Shown: piece after piece, positions 45,225-55,201 of the stretch
Numbering within the stretch: the first letter of the stretch is position 1
Layout of the letters: every line of letters starts with the position of its first letter
Assembly (NCBI GenBank): GCA_963674785.1
Contig: OY771555.1
Coordinates: 1,664,001 to 1,728,000, forward strand
Length of the DNA stretch: 64,000 nt
Origin: Caldisericia bacterium
Lineage (GTDB): Bacteria > Caldisericota > Caldisericia > JAAYUI01
Direction of reading: 5' to 3'
Notes under the pieces: model-generated
Databases searched by the model: none
What the model saw: the letters and a program-made list of their open reading frames with translations, nothing else
What the model was told of the DNA's origin: nothing
Program-made: the position numbers and the translations under genes

Positions 45225-47763
45225 TATCTGGTCAGTTGTCAAGATTGGCTTTTTCCTTTTTGTGATTGTTGGAATATCTCTTGTTTTGTACGTGTACAAG
45301 ACAATTTCTGATGTTCAGGTTCAAATGGTTGACATCACAAAAGAGAAGAGACCACCAACCGCGTCTGAGGTATACGATGTTGAAGGTAACCTTATCAGTA
45401 CAGTATTTTTACAGGAAAGATACTATAAACCACTCTCAGAAATTAGTATTGAATTTCAAAATACGATAATTTCAGCTGAAGATGAACGCTTTTATATGCA
45501 CAAAGGGTTTGATATTAGGGGATTACTTCGTGTCTTTTGGCATGTGTTGACTAGGCCTGGCAGACCTCCAGGTGCCTCAACGATAACTCAACAACTCGCA
45601 AGGTCTGAACTTTATCTGAATCAATCACAAAGAGAGATCAAGAGAAAAATCACTGAGATATACCTTGCCTATCAACTTGAGCAGAGATACACAAAAGAAC
45701 AAATCCTTGAAGAGTATGTCAATCAGGTTCCATTCAGCCTAAACACTTATGGTGTTGAGGCTGCTGCAAGGAAATACTTCGGGAAAAATGCAAAAGATCT
45801 CGATTATGCTGAATCTGCAATGATTTGTGGCTCACTTCCTGCGCCCAGTATCTATAATCCCAAAACTAATCCTGAGAAAGCAAAAAAAAGTCAGCTAAAT
45901 GTCTTGAGAAAACTCGAGGCAAATGGCTTTATCACTGAGGAAGAAAGAAAACAATACGAAGAACAAGAGCTTGTTTATAAAAAGTATTCTGATATTGAGT
46001 ATCGAGACAATATAAATTTCTTTGTCGATTATGTTGTTAAATACGAACTTCCAACGCTTATTGATGACCCAACAATCATAGAAGAGGGTGGACTCAAGAT
46101 ATATACCACCCTGAATATGAACTATCACAAACATGCAGAAAAATCTATTCAGGATTTTTATGCATCGATGTACAAGTCAGGTTCGTTTAGAAAAGATATT
46201 GTTTCAAAAGATGGAGCAACACAACCCCAGTCAGCTCTTGTTTCAACAAACCCAAAAACCGGTGCGATTCTTGCCATGATGGGTGGAGTAAACTATAACG
46301 AATCAGAATTCCCTAGAGCAGTATCAAGACAACCACCAGGTTCATCTTTCAAAGTCTTTGATTACACCTGTGCGATAGAAAACCGTTCCCTCACAGGTGG
46401 ATCGCTTCTTATGTCGGATGATTTTGAAATTGAAGGATACACACCCGGTGAATGGAATAGAGGAACTGGAAGATTTGATGAAGAGCTTGTAAGGCAGGCA
46501 TTGATCGATTCTTCAAATATATGTGCACTTCGAGCAGCACTTAGACCTGGACTTTACAATGTTGCCTACTATGCCAATAAAATGGGCATCACAACGGAGG
46601 TCAAACCCTACTATTCAATGCCTATTGGAAGTATGGAAGTAAAACCAGTCGATATGGCATGTGCTTATGGATGTCTGGCAACAAATGGAATGAGGATTGA
46701 CCCATATGCAATCCAAACAATTGAAACCCCTGACGGAAGAGAGATTTATAGGCATGAAATTCATCCGGTGAGAGTTGTTTCTGAAGAGGTTAGCTGGATT
46801 ATGACAAACCTTTTAAGGAGTGTCCATATTGCAAAAGGCAAACCGGGACTTGGATTCAATGTTGCTGGAAAAACAGGAACAGCAGGTGATGATGTTGCAG
46901 GATGGTACTGTTGTTATTCACCAGACATCGTAACCGTTGTCTATACTGGTGTTGATGACAAGGACTATACAAATGTTTTCAGATACACACCTTGGGGATC
47001 ATCTGTTGCATTTCCCATAGCCTATAATTATTTAGCGATGTGTGCGAAGGACGAGAAATATCCAGTTCCCAAAAACAAATTTCCTGAAAAACCTGAAGGT
47101 GTTGTTGCGGCAACCGTTTGCAAATACTCAGGACATCTTGTGACTGAGTATTGCCCAGAAGAACATCGTGCAACAGAGTATTTCTTAGAAGGAACTGTTC
47201 CAACGAGATATTGCCAGTATCATGCCGAACCAAGACGCCTATTTATGGTCTATGAGGACAAAGATACAGGGGAATATTTCAGAACAGATAATAGGTGGGT
47301 AAATAAAGTTGAAGTGATGATGACCCAGCGTGAGTATGATTCGCTTGAATATCATGATGGCCTTGGTGCAACACCATTGATTGATGATATTGTTTGGAGT
47401 CAACCAGAAGTTGATGGATCGCCAACACTTAATAATGATTCTCTTATTTTTGAAACAATAGATGGTGTGATTCTTGCAAAATTCTGTTTCAGAATACCGA
47501 AGGAAAAAATTGATTTAATATCATCTGTTACCCTTACAATGGGTGACCGCGAGATATATAAATGGAAAATTGGAAAATATGAGATTGATCTCGGAAGAGG
47601 ATTAACAAAGGAAGACCTAACTTCTGGTATTTGTTATGAAGATGTCAGATATAAAGTTCCCCCAGAAGGTGATCAATCAGAAGTAGAGATACTAATTGAA
47701 TTAAACGGACCCGGAAATTTCTACTCAAATTTAGAATATGAAGCTACCATCGTCAATCCCTAG
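45097..47763 (+). CDS. Class A penicillin-binding protein (PBP1A family)
   Basis: EDERF..H.G, GASTITQQL, RKITE transglycosylase motifs; PGSSFK, SSN, KTGT transpeptidase motifs; start uncertain (TTG 45097). Confidence 0.9.
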   Translation: MNLNQENEKHLQRRPQSQNLQSPKQQSQKQLQKRERRKKIANNIWSVVKIGFFLFVIVGISLVLYVYKTISDVQVQMVDITKEKRPPTASEVYDVEGNLISTVFLQERYYKPLSEISIEFQNTIISAEDERFYMHKGFDIRGLLRVFWHVLTRPGRPPGASTITQQLARSELYLNQSQREIKRKITEIYLAYQLEQRYTKEQILEEYVNQVPFSLNTYGVEAAARKYFGKNAKDLDYAESAMICGSLPAPSIYNPKTNPEKAKKSQLNVLRKLEANGFITEEERKQYEEQELVYKKYSDIEYRDNINFFVDYVVKYELPTLIDDPTIIEEGGLKIYTTLNMNYHKHAEKSIQDFYASMYKSGSFRKDIVSKDGATQPQSALVSTNPKTGAILAMMGGVNYNESEFPRAVSRQPPGSSFKVFDYTCAIENRSLTGGSLLMSDDFEIEGYTPGEWNRGTGRFDEELVRQALIDSSNICALRAALRPGLYNVAYYANKMGITTEVKPYYSMPIGSMEVKPVDMACAYGCLATNGMRIDPYAIQTIETPDGREIYRHEIHPVRVVSEEVSWIMTNLLRSVHIAKGKPGLGFNVAGKTGTAGDDVAGWYCCYSPDIVTVVYTGVDDKDYTNVFRYTPWGSSVAFPIAYNYLAMCAKDEKYPVPKNKFPEKPEGVVAATVCKYSGHLVTEYCPEEHRATEYFLEGTVPTRYCQYHAEPRRLFMVYEDKDTGEYFRTDNRWVNKVEVMMTQREYDSLEYHDGLGATPLIDDIVWSQPEVDGSPTLNNDSLIFETIDGVILAKFCFRIPKEKIDLISSVTLTMGDREIYKWKIGKYEIDLGRGLTKEDLTSGICYEDVRYKVPPEGDQSEVEILIELNGPGNFYSNLEYEATIVNP

Positions 47764-50425
47764 ATTCAAACGAAAAAAAAATAAAAGCCATGCTTTTTTA
47801 GTGTCGGTTTTTTTGATACTGGTTCTTTCTGTTACTACCGCTGGTGCATATTTTTCTGTTATTGCAAGTATACACCAGGTTGAAGTGCTTGGAACAATGG
47901 TTAAGAACCCTCAAAGTCTCGCAATGGAGACTAACAGGATTTTTGATTATCAAGGCAATCTCATTCACGAATTCCATTTTGGTGAAGACAGGATATATGT
48001 CACTCTAGATGAGATTCCCGAGCATACTAGACAGGCAGTAATTGCAGCAGAAGACGAAAGATTCTATTCTCATCCTGGATATGACATAAAGGCAATCTTT
48101 AGAGCTGCTGTTAAAAATCTAACTGCAGGAAAGATTGAAGAGGGTGGATCAACAATAACCCAGCAGCTTGCAAGAAATGTCTACATCAATGACCCCACAA
48201 GAAGATCATTCTTGAGGAAAATCGATGAACTTATCCTGGCTACCGAACTTGAAAGAATCCACACAAAAGACCAAATCTTAGAGTATTATCTAAACATAAT
48301 CTATTTTGGTGCTGGAGCATATGGCATTCAGGCTGCTGCAAAAAGATACTTTGCAAAAGAAAATGTTGCTGACCTGACCCTTGAGGAGTCTGCTCTTCTT
48401 GCTGGACTTATTTCATCTCCGAGCAACTACAACCCATATGTGAATATGGACAAAGCTTTGAAACAGCGAAAGCTTGTTCTTTCAAAGATGGTTGCGTCAG
48501 ATTTCATAACCATAGAAACAGCAGATAGAGTTGCCGAAACACCTGTTAATCTAAAACCATATTCAATTCAGCTTGATATTGGAACATCAATCAATTACTT
48601 CATCGACTTCATTAAGGAGGAGATGATATTAAAGTGTGATCTCACTTTTGAAGATATTCAACGGGGGGGGCTTGATGTCTACACAACTATTAATCAAGAA
48701 TATCAGCAACATGGTGAGGATGCCGTAAACTACGTGCTTGATTCAGCACAAAAACGAGGAGAATTTGGAAAAACAAAGTTTGATACCCTGGGTGTGCTCC
48801 AACCTCAAACGGCACTCGTTGCAGTAGAAGTTGATACGGGAGCAATTGTTACAATGGTTGGCGGAAGGGATTACAAAAACACACAGTTCAATAGAACAAC
48901 AACACTCCGTGCTCCTGGGTCATCTTTTAAGATGATTGTTTATTCTGCAGCCCTTAACATGGGTAGGCTTTCACCAAGTAGTCTGTTGAAGTCTGGTCCA
49001 TACAAACTTGGTGATTGGAAGCCAACAGAGTGGTTTGGTGGATATTTCGGAACCATTACTGTAAGAAAAGCAATTGAACAATCCAGTAATATTTGCGCGA
49101 TCAGGGCTTTGATGTTAGTTGGTGCTGGAAATGTTGCAGCATACGCAAAGAGGATGTGCGGTACAGGGAACAGAGAAATTCTTGCAGTCCCATCTATGGC
49201 ACTCGGATCAGTTGAAATGAAACCACTTGAGATGGCATCTGCTGGTCAAACAATTTCCAATTATGGAACCCATATTGACCCGTGGGTTATAAGTAGAGTT
49301 AGGAATAGAAAAACAAAGAAGGATATCTATAAGATTGAACAGAATAAATATGTTTCACAGGCTCTGAATCCGGGAATAGCATACGATATGATTTCAATGC
49401 TTAAGGGGGTTGTCATTAGAGGAACCGGAAAATCTGCGAGAGTTCCTGGTGTTCCATGTGCTGGGAAAACTGGAACTACAGCAGATTTTAGAGATGGATG
49501 GTTTGTTGGATTCACTCCCGAGGTTTCTGCTGCTTGTTATGTTGGTTCTGACTCAAGGGATGTTGACCTTTCTTATGTTAGGAACTATGGATCAAAATAT
49601 TCAGCTGACATATGGAAGGAATATATAAGGCGAATATCTACTGGTAGAAAAATTGCCGATTGGAGAGACCCAAGCCCGAAGGACTTGATAAAGGTAAGGA
49701 TATGCAACGAGACTAGGTTGCTTGCAAATGATACATGTCAATCACACATTGAAACATTCAGAAAAGGTTTTGAACCAATCGAAAAATGCACAATCAAACA
49801 TCCAAAATATGTTGAATATTGGATATGCAAGGAAACCGGACTTCTTGCTAACAACTATTGTCCTTCAAATGAACTTAAAACGTTTATCAAAGGACAGGAG
49901 CCAACACAATACTGCCAGATTCATAATGAACAGACAGCAAAAGAGGAAGAAAAGAAAAACAATACTGTAAAACCAACTCCTAAACCAACACCTACACCTA
50001 CACCAAAACCAACCCCAAGCAATGGAAACGGTGGAAGCACAACTCCAACCCCCACTCCTACAACAACACCTGAACCACAACCCACGCCAACCCCTACTCC
50101 AACACCAACTCCTCAACCAGAACCAAAACCAGAACCGACTCCCGAACCAGCTTACACATCATTTTATGTTATCACCTCTCCACCTGGAAAATCCTGTAGA
50201 GTTGGTGATTTAGTTCGATTTACAGGTTCATATATAGGATATAAAAATGTTAGCAGAATGGTAATGTTTGCAAATGGTGTTTCTGTTTCAACAGCACTTG
50301 CTCCGTCGCTATCTGTTTCTTGGAAACCACCAAATAAAGGTAGCTTCAGCCTTCTGTTTGTCTTGTATAATTCATCTGGCTCGAGACTTTCAGAGTTCGC
50401 AACTAACTACACGGTGTACCCATGA
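47738..50425 (+). CDS. Second class A PBP with two Cys-rich repeats, Pro/Thr linker and Ig-like C-terminus
   Basis: EDERF, GGSTITQQL, RKIDE, PGSSFK, SSN, KTGTT motifs. Confidence 0.92.
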   Translation: MKLPSSIPRFKRKKNKSHAFLVSVFLILVLSVTTAGAYFSVIASIHQVEVLGTMVKNPQSLAMETNRIFDYQGNLIHEFHFGEDRIYVTLDEIPEHTRQAVIAAEDERFYSHPGYDIKAIFRAAVKNLTAGKIEEGGSTITQQLARNVYINDPTRRSFLRKIDELILATELERIHTKDQILEYYLNIIYFGAGAYGIQAAAKRYFAKENVADLTLEESALLAGLISSPSNYNPYVNMDKALKQRKLVLSKMVASDFITIETADRVAETPVNLKPYSIQLDIGTSINYFIDFIKEEMILKCDLTFEDIQRGGLDVYTTINQEYQQHGEDAVNYVLDSAQKRGEFGKTKFDTLGVLQPQTALVAVEVDTGAIVTMVGGRDYKNTQFNRTTTLRAPGSSFKMIVYSAALNMGRLSPSSLLKSGPYKLGDWKPTEWFGGYFGTITVRKAIEQSSNICAIRALMLVGAGNVAAYAKRMCGTGNREILAVPSMALGSVEMKPLEMASAGQTISNYGTHIDPWVISRVRNRKTKKDIYKIEQNKYVSQALNPGIAYDMISMLKGVVIRGTGKSARVPGVPCAGKTGTTADFRDGWFVGFTPEVSAACYVGSDSRDVDLSYVRNYGSKYSADIWKEYIRRISTGRKIADWRDPSPKDLIKVRICNETRLLANDTCQSHIETFRKGFEPIEKCTIKHPKYVEYWICKETGLLANNYCPSNELKTFIKGQEPTQYCQIHNEQTAKEEEKKNNTVKPTPKPTPTPTPKPTPSNGNGGSTTPTPTPTTTPEPQPTPTPTPTPTPQPEPKPEPTPEPAYTSFYVITSPPGKSCRVGDLVRFTGSYIGYKNVSRMVMFANGVSVSTALAPSLSVSWKPPNKGSFSLLFVLYNSSGSRLSEFATNYTVYP
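49968..50150 (+). repeat. Pro/Thr/Glu low-complexity linker (PTPKPTPTPT...PEP)
   Basis: Degenerate CCA-ACA/ACT repeats within the PBP gene. Confidence 0.85.
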
Positions 50426-51018
50426 GTTTGTTTATTGCATTTGAAGGGATTGATGGGTGTGGGAAAAGCACACAAGCACGAGTCCTTGCTGAAAAATTAA
50501 AAGAATTTGGTAAAGATGTCGTTTTGACAAGAGAGCCCGGTGCGACAAAAGTTGGGAAAGTAATCAGAGAAATGCTTTTTACAACGGAAATTGATCCAGT
50601 TACTGAGGTTTTTTTATTTGCATCAGATAGAAGTTCTCACATAAATGAGGTTATCTCACCAAGTCTTGATGCTGGTAAAACCGTTATAACTGACCGCTAT
50701 CTTCTCTCATCAGTTGTTTACCAAGGTATTGGTAAGGATGTTGGAAAAGATTTTGTTCTGAATGTTAATAACCCAATAACTAAGAATTTTGTTCCTGATT
50801 TGACAATTATTCTTGATATGCCCGTTGACATTGCACTAAAAAGAGTGCAGAATGCAAATAGGTTTGAAAAATATGATCTACAAGAAAGAGTAAGAGAGGG
50901 ATTTCTTGATGAAGCGTCAAAAAATCCTGAGAAAGTAAAAGTGATAAACGGAAACCAAAGTATAAGCAGGGTGTCAGAAGACATCTTGAACTTGGTGTTA
51001 TCTGGAGGAAATGTTTAA
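50422..51018 (+). CDS. tmk: Thymidylate kinase
   Basis: FEGIDGCGKST, TREPG, DRY..SS..YQG, PDLT. Confidence 0.97.
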   Translation: MSLFIAFEGIDGCGKSTQARVLAEKLKEFGKDVVLTREPGATKVGKVIREMLFTTEIDPVTEVFLFASDRSSHINEVISPSLDAGKTVITDRYLLSSVVYQGIGKDVGKDFVLNVNNPITKNFVPDLTIILDMPVDIALKRVQNANRFEKYDLQERVREGFLDEASKNPEKVKVINGNQSISRVSEDILNLVLSGGNV

Positions 51019-51347
51019 TGAAACTTGTCATTGCCGTAATACAACAAGAAGATTCTTCAGAGATAATGAATGAATTATTGCAAGATGGATTTAAAGTCAC
51101 AAAACTGAAAGGTGTAGGTGGCTTTCTTGAAGAAGGAAATATTGTTCTGATGATGGGTGTTGAGGACACAAACGTTACAAAAGTTATAAAGTATTTCAAA
51201 AAAAGCTGTGTCTCTCGCGACAGGTATATCAATGCGTTACCTTTTACACCAATTGAAGGAGTTCCGCCACTATCTTTTCCAATAAAGGTAAGTGTGGGTG
51301 GAGCAAAGATATTTGTAATAAATGTGGATGAATTTCACGTTTTGTAA
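51018..51347 (+). CDS. darA: PII-like cyclic-di-AMP receptor DarA/PstA (YaaQ)
   Basis: MKLVIAVIQ..D, TKL...GGFL..GN, V.VGGA.IFV; tmk-darA-holB synteny. Confidence 0.88.
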   Translation: MKLVIAVIQQEDSSEIMNELLQDGFKVTKLKGVGGFLEEGNIVLMMGVEDTNVTKVIKYFKKSCVSRDRYINALPFTPIEGVPPLSFPIKVSVGGAKIFVINVDEFHVL

Positions 51348-51361
51348 GTAGGTTCATATTT

Positions 51362-52303
51362 GTGGGAATACTTGAAGTAGGAATTCAGCCAGATTTTCTA
51401 AACCGGTTTATAAACCATCTAAAGTCTGGTAAAAGAAACAAAAGCTACATTATTTCGGGACAAACGAACAGGCTCGGGCTCGAATTTGCTGAGGCTTTTT
51501 CAATGTCTGTCAACTGTGAAAACATGGATGGCGATTTTTGCGGAACCTGCAAGAACTGCAAAATGATTCTTGGAAGAACTCATCCTGATTTACAGATGTA
51601 CGACATTGAAAAGAACAAAACAAAAATTGGAATTGAAACAATAAGGCTTATCCAAGAGGATTCATCAAAAACAAACTATGTTGCAAAAAGCAGATTCAAT
51701 ATCATTTTGAATGCTGATAAAATGACAACGCAAGCCCAAAATGCACTTTTGAAAACTCTCGAGGATGGATCAAATGACTGTACAACTATTATGTTGACAG
51801 ATTCACCAGAAATGATTTTGCCAACAATTCACTCACGAAGTGTATATGTAAATCTACCCCCACCTCCAAAGGAAACTGTTATTGACAGATTGGTTGAGTT
51901 GGGTTTACCAAAAGAGACTTCTCTTCTTGAATATGATGATTCTGGCGGAGACTTAGACTGGCTTTTTTGGTTATTGAAGAATAAAGAATATGGAGAAAAA
52001 ATATTAGGAGTTATCTCAAGAAACAATGATATGTCAGAATTGCTTGAGATTATTCTAGATACTGAATACACAGAAGGAATCAAGTTGCTTTTCCCTCAGA
52101 TACTGTCAAGGGTCGTAAAGGCAAGTTTTGGATTTCAAGCAAGATCAAAGATTCTTGATGAACCCGTTAAGTCTCTTTCTAAACTTAAGAATTCCACTAT
52201 CAATGAATTGTGTACTCAGTTGTCAAAGGCGGAAAAACTATGGAACACTCAAATAAAGAAAACAACGTTGCTACAAAAGATATTGACACCGTTAATGATA
52301 TAA
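51362..52303 (+). CDS. holB: DNA polymerase III delta-prime subunit
   Basis: C..C..C zinc module, HPD, AQNALLKTLE, LPTIHSR; degenerate Walker A; synteny. Confidence 0.85.
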   Translation: MGILEVGIQPDFLNRFINHLKSGKRNKSYIISGQTNRLGLEFAEAFSMSVNCENMDGDFCGTCKNCKMILGRTHPDLQMYDIEKNKTKIGIETIRLIQEDSSKTNYVAKSRFNIILNADKMTTQAQNALLKTLEDGSNDCTTIMLTDSPEMILPTIHSRSVYVNLPPPPKETVIDRLVELGLPKETSLLEYDDSGGDLDWLFWLLKNKEYGEKILGVISRNNDMSELLEIILDTEYTEGIKLLFPQILSRVVKASFGFQARSKILDEPVKSLSKLKNSTINELCTQLSKAEKLWNTQIKKTTLLQKILTPLMI

Positions 52304-53673
52304 TTGCTGTAAGATTCAAAGGAAATCAACAATACTATCATTTTAAAACGGGTGGGATAAATGTTCAAAACGGACAAGCGGTAATTGCCTCAACAGAAAA
52401 AGGGGTAGATGTCGGATATGTCTGTTTTACATCTGCAAAACCAAAAGAAGATATCCCTTTAAAAACAATACTCAGGAAAGCAAATGAGCAAGACCTTAAA
52501 ATAATCAAGGAAAACATTGACCTGGAAATAAAAGCAAGAAAACTTGCCCAAGAAGAAGCAAAAAAACTAAAACTCAAAATGACTTTCCAGGTTTGCAAGT
52601 ATAGTCTTGATAGAAAAAGAGCAACCCTATATTTCACATCCGAAAAAAGAGTTGATTTCAGAGAGCTTGTAAAAAATCTTGCGAGTTCATTGCATCTTCG
52701 AGTAGAACTCTGGCAAATTGGAACAAGGGATGAAACCAGACTCTTTGGAGGGATTGGACCATGCAACAGAGAACTCTGCTGTTCAATGTTTTATTCAAGC
52801 AGAGAATCGGTAACAGTTAAGGATGCAAAAGCACAAGGACTTGATATTAACCCTCAAAAAATCACGGGGATGTGTGGCAAACTCATGTGCTGCTTAAAGT
52901 TTGAAGTTGGTGAATATAAGGACAAATTTGAAAAGCTACCATCGGAAGGTGAACTTGTCCGTGTTGATGGAAAAGAAGGGAAGACAGTTAAGGTTAATCC
53001 TTTCGGAGAGATGATTTCTGTATCCTTCGAAGAGGGAAACATTCAAACCTTTCATGCAAGTGAAATCAAAAGAAAGATCGATGGTCAGTGGGTAGTTTGC
53101 GAATTTGAAACCAAGATTGTTGAGCAGAAAAAGAACGAATTTTTCTCAGTTTCTGATTCAGATGAAAACAACATTACAGTTATCCCCGAAGAGAGAAAAG
53201 AAAAAATCAGAACGAAGGATAATGATTCAAAGCATCACAGAAAGACCCAACCCAGACAAAAAGACTTTGAACTGAAACCTGATAAAAAGACTGATGAAAA
53301 AGGTTTTTCTGAGCCAAAGGCATTCAGCTCAAGTAAAAACCAACAGGCAGAGAAAAAACATAAACCTTTTAAAGGCAACAAATCAAGAAATACACAGCCA
53401 AAAGATAAACAAGAAAACGATCAAAGTAGACCTGAAAATAAAAAGAGATTTGGAAAAAAACTATTTGGAAAAAGAAATAATAACCCCAATCAGCAAGACC
53501 AGAATAAATCAACTGATTCAAAAAGTGGCACTCCAGATAATAGAAACAAATCCGGAGATCATAAAAACAAGAAAAACAAATCAAAAAAGGTTTCAAATAT
53601 CAAACAGTATTTGAGTAACAGAGAAAAAAATAAGAAAAATACAAATCCCAATTCAAATACTTCTGAAAAATAA
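52240..53673 (+). CDS. ricT: PSP1-domain protein RicT/YaaT with long basic disordered tail
   Basis: RVDFRELVK.LA, QIG.RDE, GG.GPC.RELCC, KI.GMCGKLMCCLKFE; start taken as ATG 52240. Confidence 0.9.
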   Translation: MEHSNKENNVATKDIDTVNDIIAVRFKGNQQYYHFKTGGINVQNGQAVIASTEKGVDVGYVCFTSAKPKEDIPLKTILRKANEQDLKIIKENIDLEIKARKLAQEEAKKLKLKMTFQVCKYSLDRKRATLYFTSEKRVDFRELVKNLASSLHLRVELWQIGTRDETRLFGGIGPCNRELCCSMFYSSRESVTVKDAKAQGLDINPQKITGMCGKLMCCLKFEVGEYKDKFEKLPSEGELVRVDGKEGKTVKVNPFGEMISVSFEEGNIQTFHASEIKRKIDGQWVVCEFETKIVEQKKNEFFSVSDSDENNITVIPEERKEKIRTKDNDSKHHRKTQPRQKDFELKPDKKTDEKGFSEPKAFSSSKNQQAEKKHKPFKGNKSRNTQPKDKQENDQSRPENKKRFGKKLFGKRNNNPNQQDQNKSTDSKSGTPDNRNKSGDHKNKKNKSKKVSNIKQYLSNREKNKKNTNPNSNTSEK

Positions 53674-53681
53674 AATTCACC

Positions 53682-53711
53682 TCTCCCGCATAATCAGATT
53701 TATGCGGGAGA
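53682..53711. terminator. Terminator hairpin between convergent ricT and ribU
   Basis: TCTCCCGCATAA-TCAGAT-TTATGCGGGAGA perfect 12-bp stem. Confidence 0.75.
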
Positions 53712-53728
53712 ACATTTTTAAAACTCTA

Positions 53729-54319
53729 CTATATCTCCATTTTTTCACCAAATATATTGTTCCAGGCAACCATGAGAGGAATTGCTATTGTTGTGCTTAC
53801 TAATCCCTGGACTCCATTGAATACTGTTGTGTTTGTGTAAATATATAGTCTTGCGAACTCCCAATTGAAACCTTTGTCCGTCATAAATGCATCTTTGTAC
53901 GGCGTATAAAGTATCGCAAGCCAGTTGATTGGCACCATAATAATAACTCGTACAATGATTCCAATTATCAGCCCAAAGGCAATATATACATACTGGGTTT
54001 TGAGATTTTTTGCTCTATCAGCCAAGATTTTTGCATATCCAACAATAACTACCATTGTTCCGACAGCAAAAAAATTCATTGATACACCAATCAGATCACC
54101 CGACTTAAGCAAGTAATGGAGGATATTTTTGATTCCAACAATTAGTAATCCTATCCATGGTCCATAAATGATTGCACCGAGAATAGCAAAAATCTCAGAC
54201 AGATCAAATTTTAACCATGGAGTCATCCAAAATGGAATCTGGATCAGCATCCCAACAAACGACAAAGCCGAAAGCATTGAAACAACGACGAGAGTGTAAA
54301 CATCCTTTAATTTGGCCAT
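53729..54319 (-). CDS. ribU: Riboflavin ECF transporter S component
   Basis: PWLKFDLSE, GP..G, KN.LH, FN..QG RibU motifs; directly downstream of an FMN riboswitch; start taken as ATG 54319. Confidence 0.9.
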   Translation of the reverse strand: MAKLKDVYTLVVVSMLSALSFVGMLIQIPFWMTPWLKFDLSEIFAILGAIIYGPWIGLLIVGIKNILHYLLKSGDLIGVSMNFFAVGTMVVIVGYAKILADRAKNLKTQYVYIAFGLIIGIIVRVIIMVPINWLAILYTPYKDAFMTDKGFNWEFARLYIYTNTTVFNGVQGLVSTTIAIPLMVAWNNIFGEKMEI

Positions 54320-54377
54320 TTTGACCATCCTTTCCGCCAACGGGAAACGGAAAAGTGTGATATTAGTTTATCACATA

Positions 54378-54487
54378 CCTTCTTTCATCCGGACTATAAC
54401 CGTCGGTTCAGGACTTACACCTGATCAACAGAGAATCTCTGCTCGCGGACTTTACCGCCGATAGGGAATTTCACCCAACCCCGAAGG
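54378..54487 (-). ncRNA. FMN riboswitch (RFN element)
   Basis: CCUUCGGGGUUGGGUGAAAUUCCCUAUCGGCGGUAAAGUCCGCGAGC...GAUCAGGUGUAAGUCCUGAACCGACGGUUAUAGUCCGGAUGAAAGAAGG matches the RFN consensus. Confidence 0.96.
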
Positions 54488-54496
54488 CTGTGGAGG

Positions 54497-54525
54497 ATTC
54501 TAGTCTAATTATCAGATAATATCAA
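54497..54525 (-). promoter_or_regulatory. Promoter of the FMN riboswitch-ribU unit, overlapping the btuD 3' end
   Basis: TTGATA-N17-TAGAAT with predicted +1 just before the riboswitch P1. Confidence 0.7.
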
Positions 54526-55201
54526 GATCAAAAACCTCAGAAATAAGAGAAATATCATCAAGAATTGAAACATCTCCATAAGCTCGGATTTTTCCGTTAT
54601 GAAGAAGTAATACTTTATTGCAGAACTTTTTTGCAAGTTCAATCTCATGTATCACTGCTAAACCACAAGAATCATCTTTTATTCTTTTTTTTATTCCGGA
54701 CAAAAGTTGAGCTTTGTATCTCAAATCAAGATGAGATGTTGGTTCATCAAGCAGGTAGACCTTTGGATTCCTATAAACAGCCTGAGCAAGTGTGACTCTT
54801 TGTAGTTGTCCATCGGAAATATCGGATATGCTTTTCTCTGAAATATCCAAAAGCTCGAATTCTTGAAGAATTTCTGATAATCTAGCCTCATCAGGTTTAT
54901 TGAGTCCAGCAACAATGAACGATTTAACTGGTAATGAGATATTTGTTTTTACAACTGGTCTTTGGACAGAGACCAAAGATGCTATTTCATCGTATCGCAT
55001 TTTTGTGATGTCTTTACCATCAATAAAAATCGACCCAGAAAAAACATCTGCAATTTTAAAAAATGATTTTATAAGTGTTGATTTTCCAGATCCATTTGCA
55101 CCAATCAGCGCAACAAAATCTCCATTTTTTATTTCAAAAGACACATCTTTCAAAACTGCTTTTTTTTCATATCCAGCGGTCAGGTTTCTAATAACTACCA
55201 T
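54512..55201 (-). CDS. btuD: Cobalamin ABC transporter ATP-binding subunit
   Basis: GANGSGKST, ISDGQLQR, LLDEPTSHLD; in a B12-riboswitch operon. Confidence 0.85.
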   Translation of the reverse strand: MVVIRNLTAGYEKKAVLKDVSFEIKNGDFVALIGANGSGKSTLIKSFFKIADVFSGSIFIDGKDITKMRYDEIASLVSVQRPVVKTNISLPVKSFIVAGLNKPDEARLSEILQEFELLDISEKSISDISDGQLQRVTLAQAVYRNPKVYLLDEPTSHLDLRYKAQLLSGIKKRIKDDSCGLAVIHEIELAKKFCNKVLLLHNGKIRAYGDVSILDDISLISEVFDLDII

